Assembly: GCA_963719555.1 (NCBI GenBank)
Contig: CAVRCL010000001.1
Location: forward strand, 67,379 to 131,378
Direction of reading: 5' to 3'
DNA from: Thermoanaerobaculia bacterium
GTDB lineage: Bacteria > Acidobacteriota > Thermoanaerobaculia > Multivoradales > JAGPDF01
DNA: 64,000 bases
Shown piece by piece: positions 34,560 through 44,251 of this stretch. How positions within the stretch are numbered: the first letter of the stretch is position 1; every line of letters starts with the position of its first letter. The notes beneath the pieces were generated by a model, which worked only from the letters and a program-made list of their open reading frames with translations, was not told the DNA's origin and made no database searches. The translations under genes were made by a program, and so were the position numbers.

Positions 34560-35510
34560 CCGACCCAAAGGTCCCCCAGTACTCCCGGCTGCGAATCCGC
34601 GTTCCGCAGCATCCTGAAGAGTCCGAAGACATTGTCGCCGCTTGGGCCTGGGAGCAGGGAACGGCGGGGATCGAGTTTCAATCGGATGGGAGCGGCGAGT
34701 CCATACTGATCGCGACCTTCGAAACGGAAAAGCTTCCGGTAAAGGGAGATCTGCGAGATCTCGTGGCGCAGGTGCCGGGTGTCGACGTCGTCGACTTCGG
34801 CCCCGTCGAAGAAAAGGACTGGCTGGCGGCGTGGCGGGAGAAGGCAGAACCGATCGAACTCGGCGAGCACCTCGTAGTCGATCCGCGCGAATGGGAGGGT
34901 GGCGCAGAGGTCTTGCCACCCGCGTCTCGCAGCGGGCCCCGCGCCGCAGGCGCAACCGGAGGGCGTTTCATCCTGCAGATCCCGGCGCGCACGGCGTTCG
35001 GCGTCGGCAGCCACGAGTCGACCCGGCTCGCCTGCGAGCTTCTGGAGGCGACTCCGCTCGCCGGCAAGCGGGTACTCGACGTCGGCTGTGGATCGGGGAT
35101 CCTCGCCATGGCGGCACTGCTCCTCGGCGCGCGCGCCGCGGTCGGTTTCGACTTCGACCCTGCGGCCGGCCTCCTCGCCGGCCAGTACGCCCGCCACAAT
35201 GGCCTCGCGCCGGCGATCTTCACCGGCACGGTCGCCGCGCTCGCGCCGCCTGCGAGCGCCGCTTCCGCCTTCGAAGTCGTGGTCCTCAACGTCCTGCCGC
35301 ACGAAATCGCCGGCGAGCTCGGTCAGGTGATCGGCCAGCTCGCCCTCGGCGGCGACCTCCTGGTCTCAGGCGTTCTCGCGACCGAAGCCGCTGCCGTGAC
35401 GCAAGCGATCGAGCGCTTCTCGTGCGACGCCAGCCGGCCAGATCCAGGCCGGGGAGTGGGTGGGCCTTCGATTCAACAGGCGCCAGGAACTCGCCGGGGT
35501 GACCCCCTGA
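34556..35510 (+). CDS. prmA: Ribosomal protein L11 methyltransferase PrmA, one frameshift near the 3' end
   Basis: ATGA overlap with dna[18 protein letters not shown]...[17 protein letters not shown]. The C-terminus is recovered in another frame as [13 protein letters not shown]..., stop TGA 35508-35510. Confidence 0.8.
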
Positions 35511-36219
35511 CCACCACCCTCCATTTACCGAGCTTCTTTTCTTCCGACTCAGCGTTGGTCGAAGGCGAAGCGCACCACCACCTGTTCAAAGTGAAGCGGC
35601 TCCAGACCGGCGAGCGCCTGCGGGTGATCGACGGCGAGGGGCACGCCCGCTGGGCGGAGATCACCGGGATCGACAAGCGTGCCGCACGCCTCAGGCTCGG
35701 CGAGCGGCCCCGGCCAACGAACCGGAGGTCGCGGTCGAAATCTTCGTCGCGCCTCCGAAGCCCGATCGCGCTGCCTGGCTGGTCGAGAAGGCCACCGAGC
35801 TCGGCGTCGTCGCGATCCACTTCATCGCGACCGAGCGCGAGGCCCGCTCCATGGAGGGTTCGCAGCTCGCCCGTTTGCGCCGGATCGCGGTCTCGGCGGT
35901 GGAGCAGTCGTGCCGGTCGGCGATTCCCCGCCTGGCGAGCGAGGTCGGCCTGCGCGCGGCCGTTGCGCGAAGTCGGCAGGCAGGCCTGCCCATGGCCGTC
36001 CTCGACGCCGCTGGCGGCGCGCCCGTTCCGGCCATGGCAGCCGGCGGGCGGATCGGCCTGTTCGCCGGGCCGGAAGGCGGCTGGAGCGCGGACGAACGAG
36101 CCCTCTTCCGCGATCAGGAGCTTCCAGTCTGGTCGCTCGGGCGGACGGTTCTGCGGGTCGAGACCGCGGCGGTGGTCGCGGCAGCGCTGGTGCTCTGCGG
36201 CGGTGGCCTCTCGCGTTGA
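35506..36219 (+). CDS. rsmE: 16S rRNA (uracil1498-N3)-methyltransferase RsmE, frameshifted
   Basis: GEAHHHLFKVKRLQTGERLRVIDGEG, KPDRAAWLVEKATELGV and GLFAGPEGGWSADERALF...VWSLGRTVLRVETAAV. The start codon is not resolved. Confidence 0.75.
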   Translation, partial: PDHHPPFTELLFFRLSVGRRRSAPPPVQSEAAPDRRAPAGDRRRGARPLGGDHRDRQACRTPQARRAAPANEPEVAVEIFVAPPKPDRAAWLVEKATELGVVAIHFIATEREARSMEGSQLARLRRIAVSAVEQSCRSAIPRLASEVGLRAAVARSRQAGLPMAVLDAAGGAPVPAMAAGGRIGLFAGPEGGWSADERALFRDQELPVWSLGRTVLRVETAAVVAAALVLCGGGLSR

Positions 36220-36271
36220 CACCCCCCGGAGCGGGGGTTACCATGGCGGCGATTTCTCGAAGGAGGTCGAT

Positions 36272-37225
36272 TTGTCGGCAAGCCCATTTGCGGGAATCCG
36301 TTATGTCTGGATGAACGGCAAGCTGGTCGAGTTCGAGAAGGCCACGGTGCACGTCATGGCGCACGCCATGCACTATGGCTCCGGGCTGTTCGAGGGCATC
36401 CGCTGCTACAAGACGCCGTCCGGTCCGGCGGTGTTCCGGCTCCAGGATCACCTCAAGCGGCTCGAGAACTCGTGCAAGGTCTACCGGATGCAGATTCCCT
36501 TCACCCGCGACGAGATGACCCAGGCGGTTTTCGAGGCGATTCGCAGCAATGAGCTCGAGGAGTGCTATATCCGGCCGCTCGTCTATCGTGGTTTCGGCAC
36601 CGCCGGAATCAATCCGCTGAAGTGCCCGGTCGACGTCGCGATCGCCGTCTGGTCCTGGGGCCGGTACCTGGGCAACGACGCGCTCGAGGAGGGCGTGGAT
36701 GCCTGCGTCTCGACCTGGCGCCGGGTGGGGGCAGGGAGCTCGCCGGCGATCGCCAAGGCCACCGCCAACTACCTCAACTCCCAGTTGATGAAGATGGAGG
36801 CGCTGACCAACGGCTTCGCGGAGGGAATCGCACTCGACGATCAGGGCTACGTTTCCGAAGGCTCGGGCGAGAACGTCTTTCTGGCGCTGGACGGGCAGCT
36901 CCTAACGCCTGCGGTCTCGTCCTCGATCCTGCCCGGCATCACCCGTAATTCGATCCTCCGGCTGGCCGAGGAGATGGGCATCGCGACTCGCCGCGAGAGC
37001 ATTCCGCGCGGCGTCCTCTACACCTGCGACGAGGCTTTCTTCACCGGCACCGCGGTCGAGGTCACGCCGATCCGGAGCATCGACAGGATTCCGGTGGGCG
37101 ACGGCAAGCCGGGGCCGATCACGCGCCGTCTCATGCAGGAATACCTCGGTATCACCCGCCGAGAGCTCGCCGACCGCTTCGGCTGGCTCACGCCCGTGCC
37201 GGCCGTGGTCGCGCAGGTCTCCTGA
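36272..37225 (+). CDS. ilvE: Branched-chain amino acid aminotransferase
   Basis: GAAGGAGG lies 6 nt before TTG 36272. VWMNGKLVEFEKATVHVMAHAMHYGSGLFEGIRCY...NYLNSQL...EGSGENVF...ILPGITR. Confidence 0.9.
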   Translation: MSASPFAGIRYVWMNGKLVEFEKATVHVMAHAMHYGSGLFEGIRCYKTPSGPAVFRLQDHLKRLENSCKVYRMQIPFTRDEMTQAVFEAIRSNELEECYIRPLVYRGFGTAGINPLKCPVDVAIAVWSWGRYLGNDALEEGVDACVSTWRRVGAGSSPAIAKATANYLNSQLMKMEALTNGFAEGIALDDQGYVSEGSGENVFLALDGQLLTPAVSSSILPGITRNSILRLAEEMGIATRRESIPRGVLYTCDEAFFTGTAVEVTPIRSIDRIPVGDGKPGPITRRLMQEYLGITRRELADRFGWLTPVPAVVAQVS

Positions 37226-37247
37226 ACGCAAGAGCTGGAGGGAACGA

Positions 37248-38432
37248 ATGAACGTCAACGAACTGCTCAAGATCGCGGTCGAACGCAAGGCCTCGGATCT
37301 GCACCTGAAGGTCGGCAGCCATCCCGTGCTGCGCGTCGACGGCGAGCTCATGCCGCTCCCCGAGGTCAAGCGGCTGATGCAGGAGGACACGATCGCGATG
37401 GCGTTCTCGATGATGAACGCGCGCCAGAAGCAGCGCTTCAAGGACGAGTTCGAGATCGACATCGCCTATTCCGTGCCCGGGTTGGGCCGTTTTCGCTGTA
37501 ACATCTTCCAGCAGCGCGGCACGGTCGGTCTGGTGCTGCGGGTCATTCCGGGCCGCATCCTCACGATTCGCGAGCTCATGCTGCCGCCGGTGCTGGAGAG
37601 ATCTGCGAGGAGCAGCGCGGGGCTCGTGCTGTGCACCGGCACGACCGGCTCGGGCAAATCGACCACACTCGCGTCGATGATCGACTTCATCAACTCCGGC
37701 CGCAGCGAGCACATCGTCACCATCGAGGACCCGATGGAGTTCCTGCACCGTGACAAGAAGTCGATCGTCAACCAGCGCGAGATCGACGTCGACACGCGGA
37801 CCTTCGCGGCCGCACTGCGCTCGGCGATGCGGCAGGACCCGGACGTCATCCTCGTCGGCGAAATGCGCGACTACGAGACGATCGAGACGGCGCTGCTCGC
37901 GGCCGAGACCGGCCATCTCGTCTTCTCGACGCTGCACACCCTGGACGCGACCGAGACCATCAACCGCATCATCGCCGTATTCCCGCCTCATCATCAGAAG
38001 CAGATCCGCATCCAGCTCGGCCAGGTGCTCAAGGCGGTGATCTCGCTGCGCCTCCTGCCGCGAGCCGACGGCAGCGGCCGGGTCCCGGCGGCGGAGGTCA
38101 TGATCGTCACGCCTTACATCCGCGACTGCATCGAGAACAAGGAAAAGACGAAGTACATTCGCGAACAGATCGCTCTCGGCACCAGCCAGTACGGCATGCA
38201 GACCTTCGACCAGTCGCTCTTCCAGCTCTACAAGGCGGGCCTCATCACGCTCGAAGAGGCGATTCGACGGGCCTCGAACCCGGACGAGTTCAAGCTCAAG
38301 ATCCAGGGCGTCCAGTTCACCGCCGATGCTTCGCGCGAGCAGATGGAGTCGTCGCTGGAGGCGCCGGGCTCGTTCAGTCCGACCGAGGAGTCTGCTTTCG
38401 AGATCGAGCGCATCGAGGGTCCGAAGCGCTGA
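37248..38432 (+). CDS. pilT: Type IV pilus retraction ATPase PilT
   Basis: 394 aa. ASDLHLKVGSHPVLRVDG, GRFRCNIFQQRG, TGTTGSGKSTTLASMID, IVTIEDPMEF, MRQDPDVILVGEMRD and GHLVFSTLHT. Confidence 0.9.
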   Translation: MNVNELLKIAVERKASDLHLKVGSHPVLRVDGELMPLPEVKRLMQEDTIAMAFSMMNARQKQRFKDEFEIDIAYSVPGLGRFRCNIFQQRGTVGLVLRVIPGRILTIRELMLPPVLERSARSSAGLVLCTGTTGSGKSTTLASMIDFINSGRSEHIVTIEDPMEFLHRDKKSIVNQREIDVDTRTFAAALRSAMRQDPDVILVGEMRDYETIETALLAAETGHLVFSTLHTLDATETINRIIAVFPPHHQKQIRIQLGQVLKAVISLRLLPRADGSGRVPAAEVMIVTPYIRDCIENKEKTKYIREQIALGTSQYGMQTFDQSLFQLYKAGLITLEEAIRRASNPDEFKLKIQGVQFTADASREQMESSLEAPGSFSPTEESAFEIERIEGPKR

Positions 38433-38499
38433 CATCGGGTTCGGGCCTCGCATCAGGGGGACCGGAACGCGGATGAGGAGTCCGGGCTAAGATTCGCCC

Positions 38500-39595
38500 A
38501 TGGAGTTCACTGGCCGGCTGGCCGCATTCCCTGCCTCGAACCTCCTGCAATGGGCGTCGACCGAGCGCGTGACCGGCACGCTGGTCGTGCGACGCAGCGA
38601 GCGCGAGAAGCGGATCGGATTCCGCAACGGCAAGATCCTCGATTGCCGCTCGAACCAGGCATCGGAGTACTACGGCCAGCATCTCGTCGCCCACGGCATC
38701 CTCGGTGGCGAGGAACTGGGGAAAGCTCTGGCCCACTGCCGGCTGCGGCACATGCCGCTCGGCGAAACGCTGTGGGATCTCGGGCTGCTCGACGAAGCGA
38801 CCATCCGCGTAACGCTCGCGCAGTCGATCGAGGAGTCAGTCCAGGACCTCTTCTTCTGGCACCAGGGGCTGTTCTACTTCCAGGACGGCGACCCGCCCAG
38901 TCACGCCTCGAGGTCGAGCTCGAAACGACCGAGCTCCTGCTCGAGGGCACCCAGTGGATCGACGAACAGGCGCGGATCCGCGGCGTGCTCACCGGCGACA
39001 GCGTCGTCGTGCGCCCCGGGCTGAACCGGACGACCGAAGAGCTCCAGCTCTCGCCCTACGAGCTCCGGATCGTCGGCGCCGCGGCCCCCGAAGCCGCGCT
39101 GCGCGACCTCTATCTCAGAACCGGCGGGGTGCATTTTCCCTTCCTTTCCGCCTGCTTCCGCCTGGTGACCAACGGCGCGCTGGAAATCGTGCGCAACGCC
39201 TCCGAGAACCCGGTCGCCTCGCGCGAGATCAACCTGCGCGAGCTGCTTCTCAGCCTCCAGGCCGAGGACGAGGTCGTCGTCGGGGCTTCGAGCGCGATCT
39301 TCCGCTCGAGGCCATCGAGTCGCTCGTGCCGGTCTGGATCCGCAAACCGCCGGCGAGGGAGCTCGAGGCGATGCCGTTGCGCGAGCGCGCCTTCCTCCAG
39401 GGCTTCGATGGCCGGACGACGCTGCGCCGACTCTTCTCGCCGGGCGCCGAGGAACGCGCCGACCATATCGAGCTCCTGCTGGTCGAGCTCAAGAAGCGCA
39501 ACATCCTGCTGTTGCCCGCCAGCCTCGAGGACGTCGAACGCAAGCTCGAAGGCGATTCCACTCTCAGGCGAATCGTCCGCAAGCTGAAAAGCTGA
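38500..39595 (+). CDS. PATAN/DUF4388-domain protein, two frameshifts
   Basis: N-terminus GRLAAFPASNLLQWASTERVTGTLVVRRSEREKRIGFRNGKILDCRSNQASEYYGQHLVAHGILGGEELGKAL...LGETLWDLGLL...QDLFFWHQGLFYF matches the DUF4388 pattern from memory. Shifts at about 38910 and 39290. Confidence 0.65.
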
Positions 39596-39608
39596 GAGCA
39601 GACCGCCG

Positions 39609-40208
39609 GTGCGCCACTCGGAGCAGTCGAAGCCCCCGACCCGACGGACTGAAGGGAAGGCAGCGGCAGCCGGTCTCGACGCGGTCCTGCCCCCGGCCGG
39701 CGACAAGGCCGCGCGGCTCCTGGCACTGCGGCCGCACTTCCGGCGCGAGCTCGAGATGAAGCTCGAGCGCGCGGGCTACGAGCGCGCGCAGATCGCCGAG
39801 GCGCTCGACAACCTGGCGCAGCTGCGCCTCCTCGACGACGCTGCCCTGGCGCGCTCGTTCGTCGAGACGGTGGCCCGGCGCAAGGGCTGGGGGCGGATGC
39901 GGGTGGCGCAGGAGCTGGCTCGGCGGGGCGCGCCCGAGGCGGCGGCACAGGCGGCGCTCGCCGATCTTCCCGCGGAGGCCGACCTCGAACGGGCGCGCGA
40001 GGCGGCGCGGCGATGGCGGAGCAGGGGAGCCGGTTCGTCGGCCGATGCCGCGGCCGCTCTCGCCCGGCACCTCTCTCGCCGGGGCTTCGCGAGTAGTGCT
40101 ATCTTCAAGGTTCTAAAAGAGATGGCGTCGAGCTTGTCCGGCGACGGCAGCGCCGCTGGCGACGCTGGCGATGGCGGCGATGCTGGCGAGTCGGCGCCCG
40201 AAGACTGA
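39609..40208 (+). CDS. recX: Recombination regulator RecX
   Basis: AARLLALRPHFRRELEMKLERAGYERAQIAEALDNLAQLRLLDDAALARSFVE...GWGRMRVAQELARRG. Sits in the canonical position upstream of alaS. Confidence 0.8.
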   Translation: MRHSEQSKPPTRRTEGKAAAAGLDAVLPPAGDKAARLLALRPHFRRELEMKLERAGYERAQIAEALDNLAQLRLLDDAALARSFVETVARRKGWGRMRVAQELARRGAPEAAAQAALADLPAEADLERAREAARRWRSRGAGSSADAAAALARHLSRRGFASSAIFKVLKEMASSLSGDGSAAGDAGDGGDAGESAPED

Positions 40209-40272
40209 TCTGGAAGGAACCACCTCCTTCCGCTTTCCCGCGAGAGAGCCCCGAGTGAGCCGAGTGAAATCG

Positions 40273-42945
40273 ATGCGCAGCTCCGAGATTCGCCAGAGTT
40301 TCGTCGACTACTTCCGCGAGCGCGGGCACCGGCCCGTGGCGAGCTCGCCGCTCGTGCCGCACGGCGACGCGACCCTTCTCTTCACCAACGCCGGCATGGT
40401 CCAGTTCAAGGACTACTTCACCGGCGCCGCGCATCCCGAGTACCCGCGCGCCGTCACGGTGCAGAAGTGCCTGCGGGTATCCGGCAAGCACAACGACCTC
40501 GAGAACGTCGGACCGTCGCCGCGCCACCACACCTTTTTCGAGATGCTCGGCAACTTCTCCTTCGGCGACTACTTCAAGGCGGAGGCGATCGAGTTCGCCT
40601 GGGAGCTGGTCACCCGGGTCTGGGGCCTCCCGCCCGCCCATCTGTTCGCTTCGGTCTACGAGCAGGACGACGAGGCCGCGGCGCTCTGGGCGAAGATCTC
40701 GGGGCTCGCGCCCGGTCGGATCGTGCGCTGCGGCGAGAAGGACAACTTCTGGGCGATGGGGGAGACCGGTCCCTGCGGCCCCTGCAGCGAGATCTACGTC
40801 GACCGCCGGCCCGACCTGCCGGAAGTGGGTTGGGACGAAGGTGCCGACAGCGGGCGCTACCTCGAGATCTGGAACCTCGTGTTCATGCAGTTCGAGCGCG
40901 CCGCGGGCGGTACCCTGACCCCGCTGCCTTCGCCATCGATCGACACCGGCGCCGGCCTCGAGCGCGTGGCGGCGGTGGTCGCCGGAGTGGACTCCAACTA
41001 CGACACCGATCTCTTCCAGCCGATTCTCGCCGGCGCGGCGACCCTCGCCGGCAAAGCCTACGGGCGCGACGCCGAGCACGACACCTCCCTGCGGGTGATC
41101 GCCGACCACCTCCGCGCCACCGCCTTCCTGCTCGCCGATGGCGTCATTCCCACCAACGACGGGCGTGGCTACGTGCTGCGCCGCCTGCTCCGGCGGGCGG
41201 TGCGTCACGGCATGCGCCTCGGTTTCGAGGCACCGTTCCTCTGCCGGCTCCTGCCGATCGTCGACGAGGCGATGGCCGGGGCCTACGGCGAGCTCAAGGC
41301 GACCCAGTCGGCCTCGGCGGCGACCATCCGGGCGGAGGAAGAGAAGTTCTTCGACACCGTGGCGATCGGCTCGCGGATGGTGCAGGAGGGGATCGAGGAG
41401 GCCAAGCGCGCCGGCCGTCGCGAGCTCTCGGGCGAGCAGGTCTTCCGCCTGTACGACACCTACGGCCTGCCGATCCAGCTGCTGCGCGAGATCGCCGAGG
41501 AAGAGAAGTTCGCAGTCGACGAGGCCGGCTTCGAGCGCGCGATCGCCGGCCAGCGCGAGCGCTCGCGGGCCGCGACGGGCGACAGCCAGAAGCGGCTCGG
41601 CGCGCTGAAGGAGGTCCTGACCCGCCTCGGCCCGCTACCGCCGACGAAGTTCGTCGGCTACGAACACCTCGAGCTCCCGAATGTCCAGGTTCTGCGCGCG
41701 CTGCGCGCGCGGGGCGACGGATTCGAGGTCCTCGACGGAAAAGAGGCTCGAACAAGGGAGGGGGACGAGGGCGTCGTTATCGTCGACCAGACCCCGTTTT
41801 ACGCCGAGTCGGGAGGCGAAGTCGGCGACGTCGGCACGATCGGCTGGCCTGGCGGCAGCGCCCAGGTTGTCGACACGCAGAAGGACGGCACCGGCGTCGT
41901 GCTGCACTTCGTGCGTTTCTCGGAGGGTGTCTTTCCTCTTTACCAGCAGCTTTCTCTGGCGGTTTCTCCGCAGCTGCGCCGCTCCATCCAGCGCAACCAC
42001 ACCGCGACCCATCTGCTGCACGCAGCCCTGCGCACCGTACTCGGGGAAGGGGTTCGACAGGCTGGATCTCTCGTCGCGCCGGAGCATCTGCGGTTCGACT
42101 TCACTTATGGGAAGCCCCTTTCGGACGCCGAGCGGGAGCGCGTCGAGGGGCTGGTCGACGAGTGGGTGCTGCGCGCCGTGCCGACGCGGATCACGGCCGA
42201 CCGCGACCCCAAGGAGGCGATCGCCGCGGGGGCGATGGCGCTCTTCGGCGAGAAGTACGGCGACCGGGTGCGCACGGTGGAGGTCCCGGGGTTCTCGCTC
42301 GAGCTGTGCGGCGGCTGCCACGTCGGCAACACCGGCGAGATCGGGCCCTTCGTTCTGCGCTCCGAGCGCGGCGTGGCCTCGGGAGTGCGGCGGATCGAGG
42401 CGCTCACGGGAAACGGCGCGCTCGCCTTCCTGCGCCAGCGCGACGGCGAGCTCGCGGCGGTCGAGACGGCGCTCGGTGCGGCGACCGGGCATGCCGAATC
42501 CGAGCTCATGAAGCTCAAGCGGGAGATCCGTGAGCGGGACGCGGAGCTCGCCAAGATGCGGGTGCAGATGGTCTCCGGGGCGGCGTCCGCCGCCGAGGAG
42601 CAGGTCGTGGCCGGTATCCGGATTCTGGCGCGCGAGGTGCCGGCGGCGCCGCCGGCGGAGCTGCGCAACATGGCCGACCTGCTGCGCTCGCGGCTCGGCT
42701 CCGGCGTCGTCGTGCTCGGCGTGCGCCAGGAGGGCAAAGTCACGCTGATCGCCGCGGTGACCGAGGATCTCAAGGCGCGCGTTCCGGCCGGCAAGCTCCT
42801 GAAAGCGCTCGCCGGTCTGGTGGGCGGGTCGGGGGGCGGCAAGGACGACTTCGCCCAGGCGGGGGGCAAGGAGCCCGAGAAGCTCCCCGAGGCGCTCGCC
42901 GGGGTCGCCCGGGCGGTCGCGGAGCTGGCCGGCCGGGAGAGTTGA
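40273..42945 (+). CDS. alaS: Alanine--tRNA ligase
   Basis: From M35 of ORF 40171. MRSSEIRQSFVDYFRERGH, LLFTNAGMVQFKD, RHHTFFEMLGNFSFGDYFK, editing-site HTATHLLH and C-terminal CGGCHV. Confidence 0.97.
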   Translation: MRSSEIRQSFVDYFRERGHRPVASSPLVPHGDATLLFTNAGMVQFKDYFTGAAHPEYPRAVTVQKCLRVSGKHNDLENVGPSPRHHTFFEMLGNFSFGDYFKAEAIEFAWELVTRVWGLPPAHLFASVYEQDDEAAALWAKISGLAPGRIVRCGEKDNFWAMGETGPCGPCSEIYVDRRPDLPEVGWDEGADSGRYLEIWNLVFMQFERAAGGTLTPLPSPSIDTGAGLERVAAVVAGVDSNYDTDLFQPILAGAATLAGKAYGRDAEHDTSLRVIADHLRATAFLLADGVIPTNDGRGYVLRRLLRRAVRHGMRLGFEAPFLCRLLPIVDEAMAGAYGELKATQSASAATIRAEEEKFFDTVAIGSRMVQEGIEEAKRAGRRELSGEQVFRLYDTYGLPIQLLREIAEEEKFAVDEAGFERAIAGQRERSRAATGDSQKRLGALKEVLTRLGPLPPTKFVGYEHLELPNVQVLRALRARGDGFEVLDGKEARTREGDEGVVIVDQTPFYAESGGEVGDVGTIGWPGGSAQVVDTQKDGTGVVLHFVRFSEGVFPLYQQLSLAVSPQLRRSIQRNHTATHLLHAALRTVLGEGVRQAGSLVAPEHLRFDFTYGKPLSDAERERVEGLVDEWVLRAVPTRITADRDPKEAIAAGAMALFGEKYGDRVRTVEVPGFSLELCGGCHVGNTGEIGPFVLRSERGVASGVRRIEALTGNGALAFLRQRDGELAAVETALGAATGHAESELMKLKREIRERDAELAKMRVQMVSGAASAAEEQVVAGIRILAREVPAAPPAELRNMADLLRSRLGSGVVVLGVRQEGKVTLIAAVTEDLKARVPAGKLLKALAGLVGGSGGGKDDFAQAGGKEPEKLPEALAGVARAVAELAGRES

Positions 42946-43000
42946 GCCGGCAGCCCCATTTCGACGCCGGGCCGATTGGGGGTAAAATCAAGGGGACGCC

Positions 43001-43627
43001 ATGCGCCGAGCTCTGGGAATTGCGTGCTTGATCGCGGCTGCACCGGCGGCTTTCGCCGGGACGACCTCGATCCAGGTGCGCGAGGACGGCATGAAGGTGA
43101 TCGTGAACGAGCCGTCCGAAGCCCGTTCGCGGCGCCTCTCGGGCCGGTTGCTCGCCGTACCGGACCCCCTGCTCGCCGCGGCGATCGACCGCTATGCGCT
43201 CGAACGCGACCTCGAGCCGCGGCTCGTGCAGGCGGTAGTGCAGGTCGAATCGGGGTACAACCGCAAGGCGCGCTCGAACAAGGGCGCGATCGGCCTGATG
43301 CAGCTCATGCCGGGAACCGCGAACGACCTCGCAGTTTCGGATCCCTGGGACGCGGAACAGAACCTGCGTGGCGGCACCAGCTACCTGCGGCAGATGCTCG
43401 ACCGCTTCGGCGAGATCGAGCTCGCGCTGGCCGCCTACAATGCCGGTCCCGAAGCGGTGGCGAAATACGGCGGGATCCCGCCCTACGAAGAGACCCGCGA
43501 CTATGTGCGGCGGGTGCTGCACCTCTTCGACGGCAGCGACGGCATGCTCGACGGACGCCGGGTCTTCATCGTTCGCGACGCCGACAATCGCGTGCGACTG
43601 ACCACTTCTGGCGTGGTCCAGCCCTAG
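43001..43627 (+). CDS. Lytic transglycosylase (SLT domain), secreted
   Basis: Signal peptide MRRALGIACLIAAAPAAFAG. Catalytic VQVESGYN, AIGLMQLMPGTA and AAYNAGP. Confidence 0.85.
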   Translation: MRRALGIACLIAAAPAAFAGTTSIQVREDGMKVIVNEPSEARSRRLSGRLLAVPDPLLAAAIDRYALERDLEPRLVQAVVQVESGYNRKARSNKGAIGLMQLMPGTANDLAVSDPWDAEQNLRGGTSYLRQMLDRFGEIELALAAYNAGPEAVAKYGGIPPYEETRDYVRRVLHLFDGSDGMLDGRRVFIVRDADNRVRLTTSGVVQP

Positions 43628-43660
43628 TCTCTCCGCCTGCCCACCGTTCACGTCCACCGG

Positions 43661-44251
43661 ATGGCGAATCTTCCCAACATCCTGACTTCCATCCGGATTC
43701 TGCTCGTTCCGATCCTGGTCGTCGTCCTGCTGACCAAGTTCGACGGCAAGGAGTTCGTCGGTCTGGCGCTCTTCCTGCTGGCGGCGCTCACCGACTTTCT
43801 CGACGGCTACTTCGCCCGGCGCTTCAACCTGGTGACCCGATTCGGGCAGTTGCTCGACCCGGCTGCCGACAAGATCCTCATTGCCGCGGCGTTCGTCTCC
43901 CTGGTCGAGCTCGACGCCAGCGTCACGCCTTCCTGGATGGTGGTGGCGATCCTGGCGCGCGAGTTCGCCGTCAACGCGCTGCGCAGCCACGCCGCCCTGG
44001 AGCAGGTGGTGATTCCGGCGGGACTCTCGGGCAAGATCAAGACCGGCGCCCAGATCGTCGCCATTTCGCTGCTGATCATCTACAACAAGCTGGGTGAGTT
44101 CTCCCATCTCGCTCCGATCTCGCTCTGGGTCGCGGTAATCGTCACTCTCTACTCGGGCGCCGATTACTTCGTGCGTTACTGGCGCCGCCTGAACGCCTCC
44201 GCGGGCGGGCAGCGCCCGCCCGCTCCTCCGCAGCCTCCCGTGCCCGCTTGA
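43661..44251 (+). CDS. pgsA: CDP-diacylglycerol--glycerol-3-phosphate 3-phosphatidyltransferase
   Basis: LPNILTSIRILLVP...DFLDGYFARRFNLVTRFGQLLDPAADK, the CDP-alcohol phosphatidyltransferase motif. Confidence 0.9.
   Translation: MANLPNILTSIRILLVPILVVVLLTKFDGKEFVGLALFLLAALTDFLDGYFARRFNLVTRFGQLLDPAADKILIAAAFVSLVELDASVTPSWMVVAILAREFAVNALRSHAALEQVVIPAGLSGKIKTGAQIVAISLLIIYNKLGEFSHLAPISLWVAVIVTLYSGADYFVRYWRRLNASAGGQRPPAPPQPPVPA

Noticed and set aside
34556-37225. A single 889-aa ORF that looks like a PrmA-RsmE-IlvE triple fusion.
   Set aside because: The conserved PrmA C-terminus ([10 protein letters not shown]...) and most of RsmE are only recovered in other frames. PrmA then ends at TGA 35508-35510 and RsmE at 36219. 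IlvE has its own GAAGGAGG plus TTG start at 36272. The long ORF is a stop-poor high-GC read-through combined with frameshifts.
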